DNA of 63,996 nucleotides, filler included, from Candidatus Rokuibacteriota bacterium (GTDB lineage: Bacteria > JAUVQV01 > DATDCY01): NCBI GenBank assembly GCA_031406795.1. It is 5 parts of 5 records of this genome, joined end to end, with 100 filler letters (N's around TTAATTAATTAA, not from the genome) between each part and the next. Parts side by side here need not be neighbours in the genome. Positions count along the whole stretch, not along the records: positions 26,684 to 41,066 come from JANOHV010000199.1; 4 more parts are not named here. One strand, 5' to 3'. Under the pieces are notes generated by a model that worked only from the letters and a program-made list of their open reading frames with translations, was not told the DNA's origin and did not search any database. Positions 28,925 through 39,448 of the stretch are shown here, piece after piece. Both the position numbers and the translations under genes were made by a program. Position 1 is the first letter of the stretch. The number at the start of each line of letters is the position of its first letter.

Positions 28925-30252
28925 TGGGAACCCTCCCCCTTATCTCCCGTTGCCCGGGCGAGGTCCACGAGCGCCAGCTCGCGCTCCACCCGCAAGGCGA
29001 TCCTCGAGAGACGGCGCACGGTGACGACGCGCATGGCGTCGAGAATCTCGAGCACGCTGGTCTTGCCTGCGGGGAATGCCGCCAGCGTAGCATCGAAGGT
29101 CTGCTGGGCCCTCTCGAGGAGCCCCGCCTCAAGGATCTCCGATCGCCGCTTCACGCGCGCAAGACGCGCGAGGGCCTGCTCCACTTCGGCTCGGACCATG
29201 GCTTCCATGGCGATTCTGTCCCGATCTGCGGCGTTCGCGCGCAAGTCCGCCACCGCGACATCAATGCGCTGCTTGCTGTCGATCCAGAGCGGAATGCTGA
29301 CGGTGACCATCGCACCGATGGTATCTTCAGCATCCGTCCGCACGTCATAGAAGGCCCCGAGCATGACATCCGGATAGTACTCGCGTCGGGCGACCTCCGC
29401 CATAGCCCGCCCGCTCTCCACCATCGCGGCCATCTCCCGGACCTCGGGCCTTTGCGCGATCGCCTGGGGAACCAATGCGGAGCGCTCGAGCGGGACTTCG
29501 GGTGACCAGATCTCCAGCGGCTCGCCCACGGGCTCTTCGGCGGGTCGATCGCGCAGTGCGTTCAGCATCGCGACCATTTCGCGTCGCTCGGTCTCCAGCA
29601 TGGCCAGTTCGTCGTCCAGCATGCTGACTTCGGTCTGCATCTTCAGGACGTCGTGGTGCATCGGCATTCCTGAAGCGAGCTGGCCGGTCACGACGTCCAC
29701 CAGCGTTTCCGCAATGGTGCGCTGCTCGCGGTTAATGCGGCGAGCTTCCTTGTTGAGGTAGAGGTTGTAGTAGATCCGCTTCGCCTGCGTGACCACATCG
29801 AGCACGACGGCGCTCTCCTTGGCTTCGGCTACCTTGGCCTCGCGATCGGCCACGCGTGTCATCCGGTCTCTCTTTCCGGGCCACGGCAGCATCTGGCTGG
29901 CCTGCAGGCGCAGCATTGGCATGCCGCCCGTGATGCCCAGCGGAACCTCCTCGGTCATGAGCGTCAGCTGAGGATCGTCGAGGGCCCGGGCCCGGGGGAT
30001 TGCCTGACGCATGGCCTGCACGCGCAGCGCCTCCGCCGCGACGCCGGGGCTCTGGGCGGCAACTTCGCGGAGGAGGGCATCCAGCGAGAGCGGCGCCAGT
30101 TCTTGGGCGTATGCGGGGGCCGAAGGCAACAGCCCCAGCAGCGCCAGGAGGAGCCATGGAAGCGAAGCCGCCAGCCGCGGCGAGCAACCCAAGCGGCTGA
30201 TAGCCTTCGGTGCTTTCAGATTGATCGTGTTGAACCGTTCGTGTTTGGGCAT
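28921..30252 (-). CDS. TolC/CusC family outer-membrane efflux protein
   Basis: LPWPGK, YYPD motifs; first gene of the RND operon; start approximate. Confidence 0.85.
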   Translation of the reverse strand: MPKHERFNTINLKAPKAISRLGCSPRLAASLPWLLLALLGLLPSAPAYAQELAPLSLDALLREVAAQSPGVAAEALRVQAMRQAIPRARALDDPQLTLMTEEVPLGITGGMPMLRLQASQMLPWPGKRDRMTRVADREAKVAEAKESAVVLDVVTQAKRIYYNLYLNKEARRINREQRTIAETLVDVVTGQLASGMPMHHDVLKMQTEVSMLDDELAMLETERREMVAMLNALRDRPAEEPVGEPLEIWSPEVPLERSALVPQAIAQRPEVREMAAMVESGRAMAEVARREYYPDVMLGAFYDVRTDAEDTIGAMVTVSIPLWIDSKQRIDVAVADLRANAADRDRIAMEAMVRAEVEQALARLARVKRRSEILEAGLLERAQQTFDATLAAFPAGKTSVLEILDAMRVVTVRRLSRIALRVERELALVDLARATGDKGEGSQ

Positions 30253-30399
30253 TAAGATTCCCCCACGCGACCCGAACACCTTGGTGCAAAAGAGAAGACC
30301 CATTATGGATCTTCTCGTTGACGGGAACGATGATCCTCTCGGAGTGATAGGTATGTCAAGGTCGGCCCCTACAGGCTCGTCCCGCAGTCTCGATCAGTC

Positions 30400-30600
30400 C
30401 TGACAGGTCTTTCGGACTCGCCAACAAACCCTGAACCGGAAACGAACCGCCAGAACGCCTCCAGGAGTTCCGGGTCGAGTTTGCTTCCCGCCATTCCCGT
30501 CATGACGAGCCGTACCTCGGAATCCGACAGGGACTCCTTGTAAGGACGGGACGATCGCAACGCGTCGTACCGCTTGCCTGAAGAATAGTCCTCACACACT
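30400..30600 (-). pseudogene. HD-GYP domain C-terminal fragment
   Basis: YDALRSSRPYK...AGSKLDPELLEAF with no upstream HD part. Confidence 0.6.
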
Positions 30601-30666
30601 GGAGAATAGTCTCCAGTCTGCCGCCCATTGTCATGAAAGAGTCTTGGTATTCGGCATATTTTCTCA

Positions 30667-30682
30667 TGGCACGGGCCTTGCA
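30667..30682 (+). promoter_or_regulatory. Sigma54 (-24/-12) promoter
   Basis: TGGCACG-GGCC-TTGCA, exact consensus and spacing, ~125 bp upstream of 30808. Confidence 0.8.
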
Positions 30683-30807
30683 TTCTCTCCTTCGCAGCAA
30701 ATGGAGGACTGTATGAAAATGGATGTCGTGTCAGAGGCAGTGCAGGGTGGCAGATGCGCCCGAGATGCGGCAGGGAAGTCGGCATGGCACCCTGAAAGGA
30801 GAACGGC

Positions 30808-31266
30808 ATGAAAAAGTACCTTGTAGCAGCGGCAGCGGTGATGTGTTTGTCAGCGGCGGTGGCGACTGCCCAAATGATGCCCGGCGGAGGACAGGGGCAG
30901 CCCGGCGGCGGGATGGGCGGCGGGATGGGCGGCGGGCAGACCGGCGGCGGCATGATGGGGTCCCAGCCGTCCTCGCAGATGATGGGCGGGCAGATGATGA
31001 CGCAGGACATGATGCGGGACATGACGGGAATGATGAGTCAGATGGACCAGGTCATGCAGAAGATGTCCCGTGGCATGGAAGGGCAGATGCCCATGGACCG
31101 AATGCAGCAGATGTCCCGCGGGATGTCGGAGATGTCCGTCACCATGAAGGAGATGTCGGAGCTCATGGCCAAGGGGACCATGGATCCCGCGGCGATGAAA
31201 TCCATGCAGGTGCGGATGAAGAACCTGAACCAGTCGATGGACGACTTGAGCAAACGGGGTCAGTAA
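30808..31266 (+). CDS. Met-rich periplasmic protein, putative Cu(I)/Ag(I) binder
   Basis: Signal peptide (ATA-Q); about 35 Met in 152 aa; AAGGAG RBS. Confidence 0.8.
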   Translation: MKKYLVAAAAVMCLSAAVATAQMMPGGGQGQPGGGMGGGMGGGQTGGGMMGSQPSSQMMGGQMMTQDMMRDMTGMMSQMDQVMQKMSRGMEGQMPMDRMQQMSRGMSEMSVTMKEMSELMAKGTMDPAAMKSMQVRMKNLNQSMDDLSKRGQ

Positions 31267-32015
31267 TGGCGCCAGTGACAAGAGCGTCCCTGGTTGCTCT
31301 TGCAGCGGCTTTCGTCTGCTTCGGGGTTCTTGCACCAGGTACGGCACAGGCGCTGAATGGCCGCGGCTATCTGGAACTGGATGCAGGATACAAGACCGGC
31401 GATTTCGGCACCTCGACGACATCTACTCTCTTCTCTCTCGTTCCGACCCTCGGGTATGTGACGCCGCGGTACAACGTGAGCGCAACAGCTCCGCTTCTTT
31501 CCCTTGCTTTGAAGACCAGCGGATCGAGCGAAACCGAGACGGGCTTGGGCGATGTCATCCTGCGGGCCGGTGCGTTGCTCCTTCGGGAGACCAGCGGCGG
31601 ATCCTCGATCAGCTGTGCCGCGGCGGTGAAACTGCCCACGGCTGACGATGCGAAGGGTCTTGGCACTGGCCAGACGGATTACGGCGTCTTCGCCGGTCTC
31701 CACCAGAAGCTCCTGGGGCTCAAACTTTCTGTGACGGGAGGGTATATCTTCACCGGGGAACCTCCCGGCTTTTCCTACAAAGACATCCCGCTCGCCGGTA
31801 TCGGCGTGTCGAAGGTCTTCGGCCTGACAAACGTGTTCGCGTCGCTTGAAGGTCGGGGAGCCACGGTTTCCGGCGCAGAGGATCCTCTTGAAGCGAGCCT
31901 CGGGGCTTTTCACCTCTTCAACAGGGACTATGCCCTCACCGGCAATGTGACGTTCGGCTTGAACAACGGAGGACCGGCATTCGGTGCGACAATCGGCGTC
32001 GTGCGATGGCTGTAG
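31266..32015 (+). CDS. Putative outer-membrane beta-barrel (MetA/SphA-like)
   Basis: Signal peptide; GLGDV, KLPTAD..KGLGTG.TDY; start overlaps upstream stop (TAATG). Confidence 0.7.
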   Translation: MAPVTRASLVALAAAFVCFGVLAPGTAQALNGRGYLELDAGYKTGDFGTSTTSTLFSLVPTLGYVTPRYNVSATAPLLSLALKTSGSSETETGLGDVILRAGALLLRETSGGSSISCAAAVKLPTADDAKGLGTGQTDYGVFAGLHQKLLGLKLSVTGGYIFTGEPPGFSYKDIPLAGIGVSKVFGLTNVFASLEGRGATVSGAEDPLEASLGAFHLFNRDYALTGNVTFGLNNGGPAFGATIGVVRWL

Positions 32016-32126
32016 ACAATGGGCGCCCACACCGACATACAGTTTCTCTGCCTACAGCGTTCCGCTACGGGGGAGGTCGGCCTGGTGGCCGCAACTGCCG
32101 TTTTGCAGAGTGCAGAGGAGGGCTAA

Positions 32127-32351
32127 ATGAATAATCAAAGAGGCGAAGTTGTAACAATTGTTATGGTCGTGATGATGGTAGGCATGATGGTATTCGGCAT
32201 GGCTTCCATGCGCGGTGGTCATGGAGACAGTCACGATAAGGGGAACGTGGAGCACGAGGAAGAACATGTCGAAATGGGCCGTCAGTTGGGTCATGGGGGC
32301 CAAAATACTCCGGAGCAGACTCCCGTCGCCAATACGGAGGAATCCAAGTAA
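32127..32351 (+). CDS. Small membrane-anchored Met/His-rich protein
   Basis: One Met-rich TM segment followed by a His/Glu-rich tail; GAGGAGG RBS. Confidence 0.65.
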   Translation: MNNQRGEVVTIVMVVMMVGMMVFGMASMRGGHGDSHDKGNVEHEEEHVEMGRQLGHGGQNTPEQTPVANTEESK

Positions 32352-32407
32352 TTGACGCTGACTCGCACTACGATAAGGCGCAAGAAGCGCGCCTAGTAAG
32401 CGGTGCC

Positions 32408-32504
32408 TCGAAGGTCTTCGGCAAGACGAACCGGCGTGACCTTCGGTCTGAACGACGGCGGACCGGCTTTCGGGGCGGCGATCCACGGCGTCCGCTGGCT
32501 ATAG
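32408..32504 (+). pseudogene. Collapsed paralog of the barrel gene 3' end
   Basis: SKVFGKTN + VTFGLNDGGPAFGAAIHGVRWL* versus SKVFGLTN...VTFGLNNGGPAFGATIGVVRWL* at 31809-32015. Confidence 0.8.
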
Positions 32505-34559
32505 CGCCGCAGCGCCGTCTCGCGCCGCTGCCGCCTCGTCGAGAACCTCCCGGAGAACGCCGGCCAGGTCCCGGAGACGATAGGGCTTCATGCAGAGTCT
32601 GGCGATGCCGAACTCCCGGGCCGTATGCTCGGTGACGAGGTTGCTGTAGCCGGTGCAAAGTATGATCGGAACGTCGGCCTTGATCTTCCGCATCTCGACG
32701 GCCAGATCCATGCCGGTCATGCCCGGCATGGTCTGATCGGTGATGACGGCGTCGATGGTATTACGGCGCTCCCGGAATATTTCCAGAGCGGCGGAGCTGC
32801 CCAGCACGGCTGTCACGTGATACCCAAGGCCGTCCAGCAACGCCTGCCCTATTTCGATGAGCTGGGGCTCGTCATCGACGAATAGGATGTGCTCTGTTCC
32901 GCGCGGCAGTACCGGCCTTTCCGGGACTGTTCCCTCCAGTTGCGCCTCCTGGGAGGGAAAGTAGACGTGAAAGGTCGTGCCCCTCCCTGGTTCGCTCTCG
33001 ACGACGATCTTCCCGTTATGGCTTACGACGATGCCATGGACGACAGCCAGCCCCAGGCCCGTTCCCGCACCGACTTCCTTGGTGGTGAAGAACGGGTCGA
33101 AGATCTTCTTCATGGTTTCCTGGTCCATGCCGCAGCCGGTGTCGGAGACGGAGAGCCGTTCGTAGATGCCGTGGTCCAGGTGCAGCTCGCCGTCGCCGTC
33201 ATCCTCGCCGATCTGAATTTCACTCACGGCGATCTGCAGCACCCCCCGCTCCCGCATCGCCTGAATGGCGTTGGTGCAGAGATTGAGAATGAGCTGGTGA
33301 ATCTGCGTGGGATCGGCCCACACCTGACGACAGGCCGCTGGTGTCTCATGACACTTGGCCGGAACATCGACCCTGAGCTCGACGGAACTCGGCGTGGCCG
33401 CCCGCAGCGTCTTCAGGCTTTCATCCACGACTCGACAGAGGAAGATGGGCTTCTTCTCGACGATGTCCTGCCGGCTGAAGGCCAGGATCTGCTTGACGAT
33501 ATCCCTGGCGCGGGATGAGCCCGCGAGGATGTTGGCGATATTCTTTTGGGCCGGATGTTCATCGGCGAGGTGTCGGGTCACGAGGTCGGCGGACCCGATG
33601 ATGACCGCGAGGATGTTGTTGAAGTCGTGAGCGATGCCGCCGGCCAACGTGCCCAGGGCCTCCATCTTCTGCGCCTGACGGAGCCTGGCCTCGAGCCGGT
33701 CCGTTTCCTCCCGAGCGCGCCTTGCTTCGGTGATGTCCGTGGCGATTTCAAGCCGGACCGTGCGCCCGTCGACCCAGCTGATGGCCCGGTCGTGTACGGA
33801 ATACCAGCGGTCATTGCGGGCATCGTGGTGCTCCCAGGCATAGACTTCACCCGCCTGGATGGTTTGCCAGCAGATCTTGCCGGTGATATCGCCCACCAAT
33901 TCCCGCCCGAATCTATTGACGAAGAGGACCTCGTGCGTCTCCATGTCGGCGACATAGATCAGCGCTTCCAGGCTGTCCATTACCAGCCGGAACCTCTCCT
34001 CGCTCTCCTCAGCTGCCTTGGCCTGCTCGAGCGCTCGCAGGTTGGCCAGACCCATACCGGCGACCTGACGGGCGAAGCCGGACAGGAATTCAAGGATCGC
34101 CTGGTGCTTCTCGATGGGATAGACGGGAACCTCGTCCAGGGCCCGGAGGTAGTCGTCGACGTCGAAGCCGTAGCGTTTGGCTTGGCGTCGAAAACGCTCC
34201 CGCGAGACCGCGTCGGGCACGGCATGGAGCATCTGTCCCGTGAAAACATTGGCCACATGCTTCCCCTCGATCACGACGGGGCAGCTTGAGTCGACGAGCC
34301 CGTGGGGACACTGATAGACCGCGTACGGCTGGCCCTTGCTGATCTCCTCGGCAATGTGGACGTCGCTTGCCACGCAGAGCTTCCTGGCCTCGGGGTGGAT
34401 GCGGTGGAACTGCGTACAGATGCGCTGCCAGCCGGCCCCGCTGAGGACGTTGCCCTCCATGTCGATTATGGCCGACGGGATGTTGGTGGCGGCATAGAGC
34501 CGCTCGAGCATTGTCCCGAGGACAGCCGTGTCGACCAGTTCACGAAACGTGTATTTCAT
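32499..34559 (-). CDS. Hybrid sensor histidine kinase (PocR-PAS-HisKA-HATPase-REC)
   Basis: ICTQFHR, YQCPHGL; GIAHDFNNIL; PFFTTK..G.GTGLGL; TDQTMP. Confidence 0.92.
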   Translation of the reverse strand: MKYTFRELVDTAVLGTMLERLYAATNIPSAIIDMEGNVLSGAGWQRICTQFHRIHPEARKLCVASDVHIAEEISKGQPYAVYQCPHGLVDSSCPVVIEGKHVANVFTGQMLHAVPDAVSRERFRRQAKRYGFDVDDYLRALDEVPVYPIEKHQAILEFLSGFARQVAGMGLANLRALEQAKAAEESEERFRLVMDSLEALIYVADMETHEVLFVNRFGRELVGDITGKICWQTIQAGEVYAWEHHDARNDRWYSVHDRAISWVDGRTVRLEIATDITEARRAREETDRLEARLRQAQKMEALGTLAGGIAHDFNNILAVIIGSADLVTRHLADEHPAQKNIANILAGSSRARDIVKQILAFSRQDIVEKKPIFLCRVVDESLKTLRAATPSSVELRVDVPAKCHETPAACRQVWADPTQIHQLILNLCTNAIQAMRERGVLQIAVSEIQIGEDDGDGELHLDHGIYERLSVSDTGCGMDQETMKKIFDPFFTTKEVGAGTGLGLAVVHGIVVSHNGKIVVESEPGRGTTFHVYFPSQEAQLEGTVPERPVLPRGTEHILFVDDEPQLIEIGQALLDGLGYHVTAVLGSSAALEIFRERRNTIDAVITDQTMPGMTGMDLAVEMRKIKADVPIILCTGYSNLVTEHTAREFGIARLCMKPYRLRDLAGVLREVLDEAAAARDGAAAL

Positions 34560-34594
34560 CGGTTGTCGCAGCAGCATCCAGACTGAGTGTTCTG

Positions 34595-34618
34595 TCTCAT
34601 GAAATGATTTTCATGAGA
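34595..34618. promoter_or_regulatory. Palindromic operator candidate
   Basis: TCTCATGAAA-TGAT-TTTCATGAGA perfect 10-bp inverted repeat. Confidence 0.5.
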
Positions 34619-34872
34619 TCCCGTGGGATAGTCAATGCTCGATCAGTCGCAGTTCCGTATCCCGGCGCATCGCATCCCCCTCTGCCAGTAAGATGTGAAT
34701 ATCCATGGAATGTTACAATGCACTGATCCTCAATGGTGTCTGGGGGTCCTTGAGGGCGCCCTCACAGGTGACGAAATCGGCGCTTTACCTCTGGGGTATA
34801 CCTCGCGGAGGTTATCGGGGAACTTGGGATGAGCAAGATGGGGGAAAAGGCTATCACCGCGGACTCCCCGGC

Positions 34873-37817
34873 ATGACAACGCCGTTCCACAGCAAGTATT
34901 GGGCGAATGAACTTACGCTCCGGGCGGCGGCGGAAAGCATCGAGTCGTTAACCCGTTCCATCGCGGGCGCCCGCGTCGACCTCAATCCCCACCAGGTTGA
35001 CGCCGCCCTTTTCGCGCTTCGCTCACCGCTCACCAAAGGCGTCGTTCTGGCCGATGAAGTCGGCTTGGGGAAAACCATCGAGGCGGGCATCGTCATCGCC
35101 CAGCGCTGGGCCGAGCGGAGACGCCGGATTCTTCTCATCGTGCCCGCGACGCTCCGCAAGCAATGGCAACAGGAACTCGAATCCAAGTTCTACCTCCCCA
35201 CGGCAGTCCTCGACTCGAAAATCTTCAACGACCTTGTGTCCAACGGCAACGTCAATCCGTTCGGGATGGCGGACAGGTTGATCGTCTGCTCGTATCACTT
35301 CGCGTCAGCAAAAGCACAGGAAATCAGCCACGTCCCATGGGACTTGGTCGTGATCGATGAGGCTCATCGTCTTCGGAACGTCTACCGCAAGTCAAGCAAG
35401 CTCGCCCGCAGCGTCGTGGACGCGGTCGCTCATGCTCCCAAGCTTCTGGTCACGGCCACGCCGCTCCAGAACTCGCTCATGGAGCTTTACGGCCTGGCCA
35501 GCGTTATTGACGACCACATCTTCGGCGACGCCGCTTCGTTCCGTGATCAGTTCGTGCGGGCGGCGGACGAACGACAACGCAACGCCGCACTGCGGGACCG
35601 CCTCCGTCCGATCTGCATCCGGACACTCCGAAAACAGGTTGTCGAATACATCCCCTTCACACGGCGCGTTGCCGTGACGCAGGATTTCCGTCCAGGGGAC
35701 GAAGAGCACGCGCTCTACGAGAGCCTTTCCGCCTATCTTCAGCGCGACGGACTGATCGCCCTGCCTGCCGGCCAACGAACGCTCATCACCTTGGTGCTTC
35801 GAAAACTATTGGCGTCATCTACGTTCGCCATTGCAAAGACGCTCGACCGTTTGGTCGCGCGGCTTGAAGGCATCTCATCCAGCCAGGCGCTTCTTCTGGA
35901 TGATGAGGACGTTGAAGGTGTGGACGAACTCCTGGATGAATTGGAAGAACAGGAAGAGGATGCCGCAGGGGACAATCCGCAAGAAGACAGGCCGATTGAC
36001 CCGGAAATTCTGAAGGCGGAACTGGCCGATCTGCGCGGATTTATAGAAATGGCACGCAGGATTACCGTCAACGCCAAGGGTGAGGCGCTCATCCCGGGGC
36101 TTAAGATCGCCTTCGAGCGCGCCGAGCGGCTGGGGGCGCATCGGAAGGCCGTCATTTTCACCGAATCGCGGCGTACCCAGCAATATCTCTTCGATCTGCT
36201 GTCCGCCCGGGGGTACAAAGATCAACTGGTGCTGATCAACGGATCGAACAGCGACCCGCATTCGGGGAACATCTATCGCCAATGGCGTGAACGTCACGCC
36301 GGGCAGGAAGTGATAACCGGGTCCAGGCCCGTGGACATCAGGGCGGCCATCGTCGAGCACTTTCGTGATTACGCGACCATCCTTATCGCCACCGAGGCCG
36401 CCGCCGAGGGTGTCAACCTTCAGTTCTGTTCTCTGGTTGTCAACTATGATCTGCCGTGGAACCCCCAGCGCATCGAGCAACGGATCGGCCGTTGTCACCG
36501 CTACGGGCAGAAGCACGACGTGGTGGTCGTCAACTTCCTGAACCGCCGCAACGAGGCTGACCAGCGTGTCCTGGAACTCCTGAGCGAGAAGTTCAAGCTT
36601 TTTGATGGCGTCTTCGGGGCAAGCGACGAGATCTTGGGCGCCCTCGAATCCGGCGTGGACATTGAGCGGCGCATCGCCCAGGTCTATCAAACCTGCCGGA
36701 ACGTCGACGAGATCAAGGCTGCGTTCGACAGACTTCAGGCCGATTTGGAAGAACAGATTCAGTCCCGCATGGCCCAGACACGCGAGGTGCCGCTCGAGCA
36801 TTTCGACGAGGATGTGAGTGCCCGCCTGCGCGTAAACCGTTACAAGACACTGGAGACGCTCTCCTACCGCGAACGAAGCCTTCTGGAACTGACGCGCACG
36901 GAGTTGAACGAAGAGGCCCGATTCGAGGCTGACCGGCCACGTTTCCTCTATTCCGGCGCCCGCGCCCGGCAGGGCTGGTATCACTTTGACTGGAAGGAAG
37001 CGAGAAGACGGGCGACACCTTCTATCGGCAGGACCATCCACTTGCCGCTCAACTTATCGAACAGGCTCTGAACCGCGATCTTCCGCCGGCTACAGTTGCG
37101 CTGGACTATGCAGCGCATCGGCAAGTGATCAGTGTTCTTAAACCGCTTGTTGGTTCTTCGGGCTGGCTCGAACTCTCGAAACTCACGGTGGAGTCACTCG
37201 ACACGGAGGAATTCCTCGCTTTCGCAGCGCAGACCGACGCCGGCCAGTTGCTCGACGCGGAGGTCTGCCGGAAATTGCTGCTTCTGCCTGCCAAGACCGA
37301 AGACCAACCGCCGGGCCTTGCGCCGGACCTTTCGGCGATTCGTCAAGCCGAGATGCAGGGCATGATCAAGCAGGTGGAGGAGCGCAACGGGAAGTTCTTC
37401 GATGAGGAAGTCCTCAAGCTCGACCGCTGGTCCGACGACCTCAAGCAGGGGTTGGAGCGGGAGATCAAGGAATTCGACAAGCAGATTCGGGAGGCCCGTC
37501 GGACAACGGCGCTGGCCGCATCCCTGCACGATAAACTGGAAGCCCAGAAGGTCATCAAGGCGTTGGAGAGAGCCAGAAACCGCAAGCGGCGAGATCTGTT
37601 TGATGCGCAAGACGCCATCGACTCCCAGCGTGACGAACTGATCGGACGCATCGAGAAGCAACTTCAACAACGTCATTCGTCGAAGCCGGTGTTTACGTTC
37701 CGGTGGAGGTTGGCTGAGAAAAACGCCGGCCGGGAAGCACCCTTTCCCATGCCGCGTAGGGGCCCAGTCAGCGACCCAGTCAACCGACCCAGTGGACCGA
37801 CCCAGTGCTACAGTTGA
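34873..37817 (+). pseudogene. SNF2-family helicase, frameshifted near 37001
   Basis: LADEVGLGKT, DEAH, TATP, PWNPQRIEQRIGR; homologous-looking frame continues (FYRQDHPLA...) into ORF 37125-37817. Confidence 0.8.
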
Positions 37818-37868
37818 TGAGTGTCTCGCATACAGAGATGTGTTCATGAACCAAAGCGAGGTTGAGCC

Positions 37869-38531
37869 ATGACTCCCGCAGAATTGAGAATTCTGATTCA
37901 GGAAGGAAAAGGCACGACGCTGGAGTTCAAGGAGAACCTTTCCGCGGCGTTCGCGCGGGAATTGGTGGGGATGGCCAAAACTATCGGCGGCAGGATTCTG
38001 CTCGGCGTGCGTGACGATGGCACCGTTGCCGGGGTAAAGGACACGAACAACGAGCCAGTGTTCGAGGAGACCGGCTTTGTCACCGCCACCTTCTTCCCGA
38101 ATCCTGTCGTGAGGGCGCAGGCGGGGAGCAATTCGGCACCTGGCCGGCACAAAGTCGCGGGTGAAGTCGCAGCCCATGATGAGGCCCATGACGAGGCCCA
38201 TGAGCCCATCAGCGGCATCGAACACAGGCTCCTGTCCGCATGCGCCGATGAAGCGAGAAGCACTCCCGATCTGCTAGGTGTTCTGGGCTATAGGATTCGG
38301 ACAGCCAATTTCAAGATTGCTCTTCGGCAGATATTGACTCGTGGATTCCTGGTAATGACCATCCCGGACAAGTCTCGAAGCCGTATGCAGCGCTATCGGA
38401 TCACGCCCCTCGGGCTTGAAGTCCTGAAGAAGACCAAGGAGAAGAAGTATATGGAGAAGATCGACATCACCAGGGCGGATCTGGTCCGTGGCCCGGCTAG
38501 CCGACCAGCCGGTTTCAGAAATACCGGCTGA
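37869..38531 (+). pseudogene. AlbA_2/Schlafen-domain ATP-binding protein with internal deletion
   Basis: LEFKE..RELVGMA...GGRILLGVRDDG joined directly to EPVFEETGF, HDEA repeats and MTIPDK.RSR.QRYRIT tail. Confidence 0.6.
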
Positions 38532-38588
38532 CGGAAAAGGGCCGCCAGGTTCTGCGCATCAAACCGGAGAAGGACGAAAGGACTGATA

Positions 38589-39443
38589 ATGGAAAGAGAA
38601 TTGATAGTCCGGCTGAACAAATCGTTCGAGGACACTGCGTACGAGGATAACGGTGTCGAGTATTGGTTGGCCCGCGACTTACAAAAATTGCTTGAATACG
38701 ATGAGTGGAGGAACTTCACGAAGGTAATCGAGAAAGCGAGAGTTTCATGCCTGACGGCAAAACAGAACCCGACTCACCATTTTGTTGACGTCAACAAAAT
38801 GGTAGATCTTGGGTCCGGCGGCCAACGGCAGGTTGATGACTTCATGCTCACCCGCTATGCCTGCTACCTCATTGCCCAGAATGGCGACCCGCGCAAGGAA
38901 AGCATTGCCTTTGCCCAAAGCTATTTCGCTATCCAGACGCGTAAGCAGGAGCTGCTGGAGGAGCGCCTCGCGTTGGTGGAGCGGCTGAATGCCCGGCAGA
39001 AACTTGTCGCCACCGAATCCGAACTCTCTAAAATCATCTATGAGCGCGGCGTGGACGATCAGGGCTTCGGCCGCATTCGCAGCAAGGGCGACCAGGCTCT
39101 TTTCGGTGGTTTGACCACGCTTCAAATGAAGAAGAAGCTTGGGACGCCCGGAAACAGGCCGCTGGCGGACTTCCTGCCCACCATCACCATCAAGGCCAAG
39201 GACTTGGCGACCGAAATCACCAATTTCAATGTGAAGAAGCACGATCTTCGCGGCGAGCCGTCCATCACCGGCGAGCATGTGAAGAACAATCGGGATGTGC
39301 GCGGGGTACTGGCCAAGAGTGGCATCAAGCCGGAGGAGCTGCCGCCCGAGGAGGACCTGAAAAAGCTCGAACGACGGGTGAAAGCCGGCGAAAAACGGCT
39401 GGGCAAAGGCACCAAGAAATTCACGCGGAAAGCTGAGAACTGA
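38589..39443 (+). CDS. dinD: DNA damage-inducible protein D
   Basis: EYWLARDLQKLLEY, LTRYACYLIAQNGDPRK, RSKGDQALFGG. Confidence 0.92.
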   Translation: MERELIVRLNKSFEDTAYEDNGVEYWLARDLQKLLEYDEWRNFTKVIEKARVSCLTAKQNPTHHFVDVNKMVDLGSGGQRQVDDFMLTRYACYLIAQNGDPRKESIAFAQSYFAIQTRKQELLEERLALVERLNARQKLVATESELSKIIYERGVDDQGFGRIRSKGDQALFGGLTTLQMKKKLGTPGNRPLADFLPTITIKAKDLATEITNFNVKKHDLRGEPSITGEHVKNNRDVRGVLAKSGIKPEELPPEEDLKKLERRVKAGEKRLGKGTKKFTRKAEN

Positions 39444-39448
39444 GCCAT

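Noticed and set aside
30300-30360. CueR/CsoR operator upstream of the efflux operon
   Set aside because: TTGACA is present but there is no convincing dyad or 19-bp spacer -10.
37763-37807. CRISPR-like or iteron repeats
   Set aside because: Only 12-13 bp periodic units without spacers; they look like a coding-linker relic. No CRISPR array or cas gene was seen in the window.
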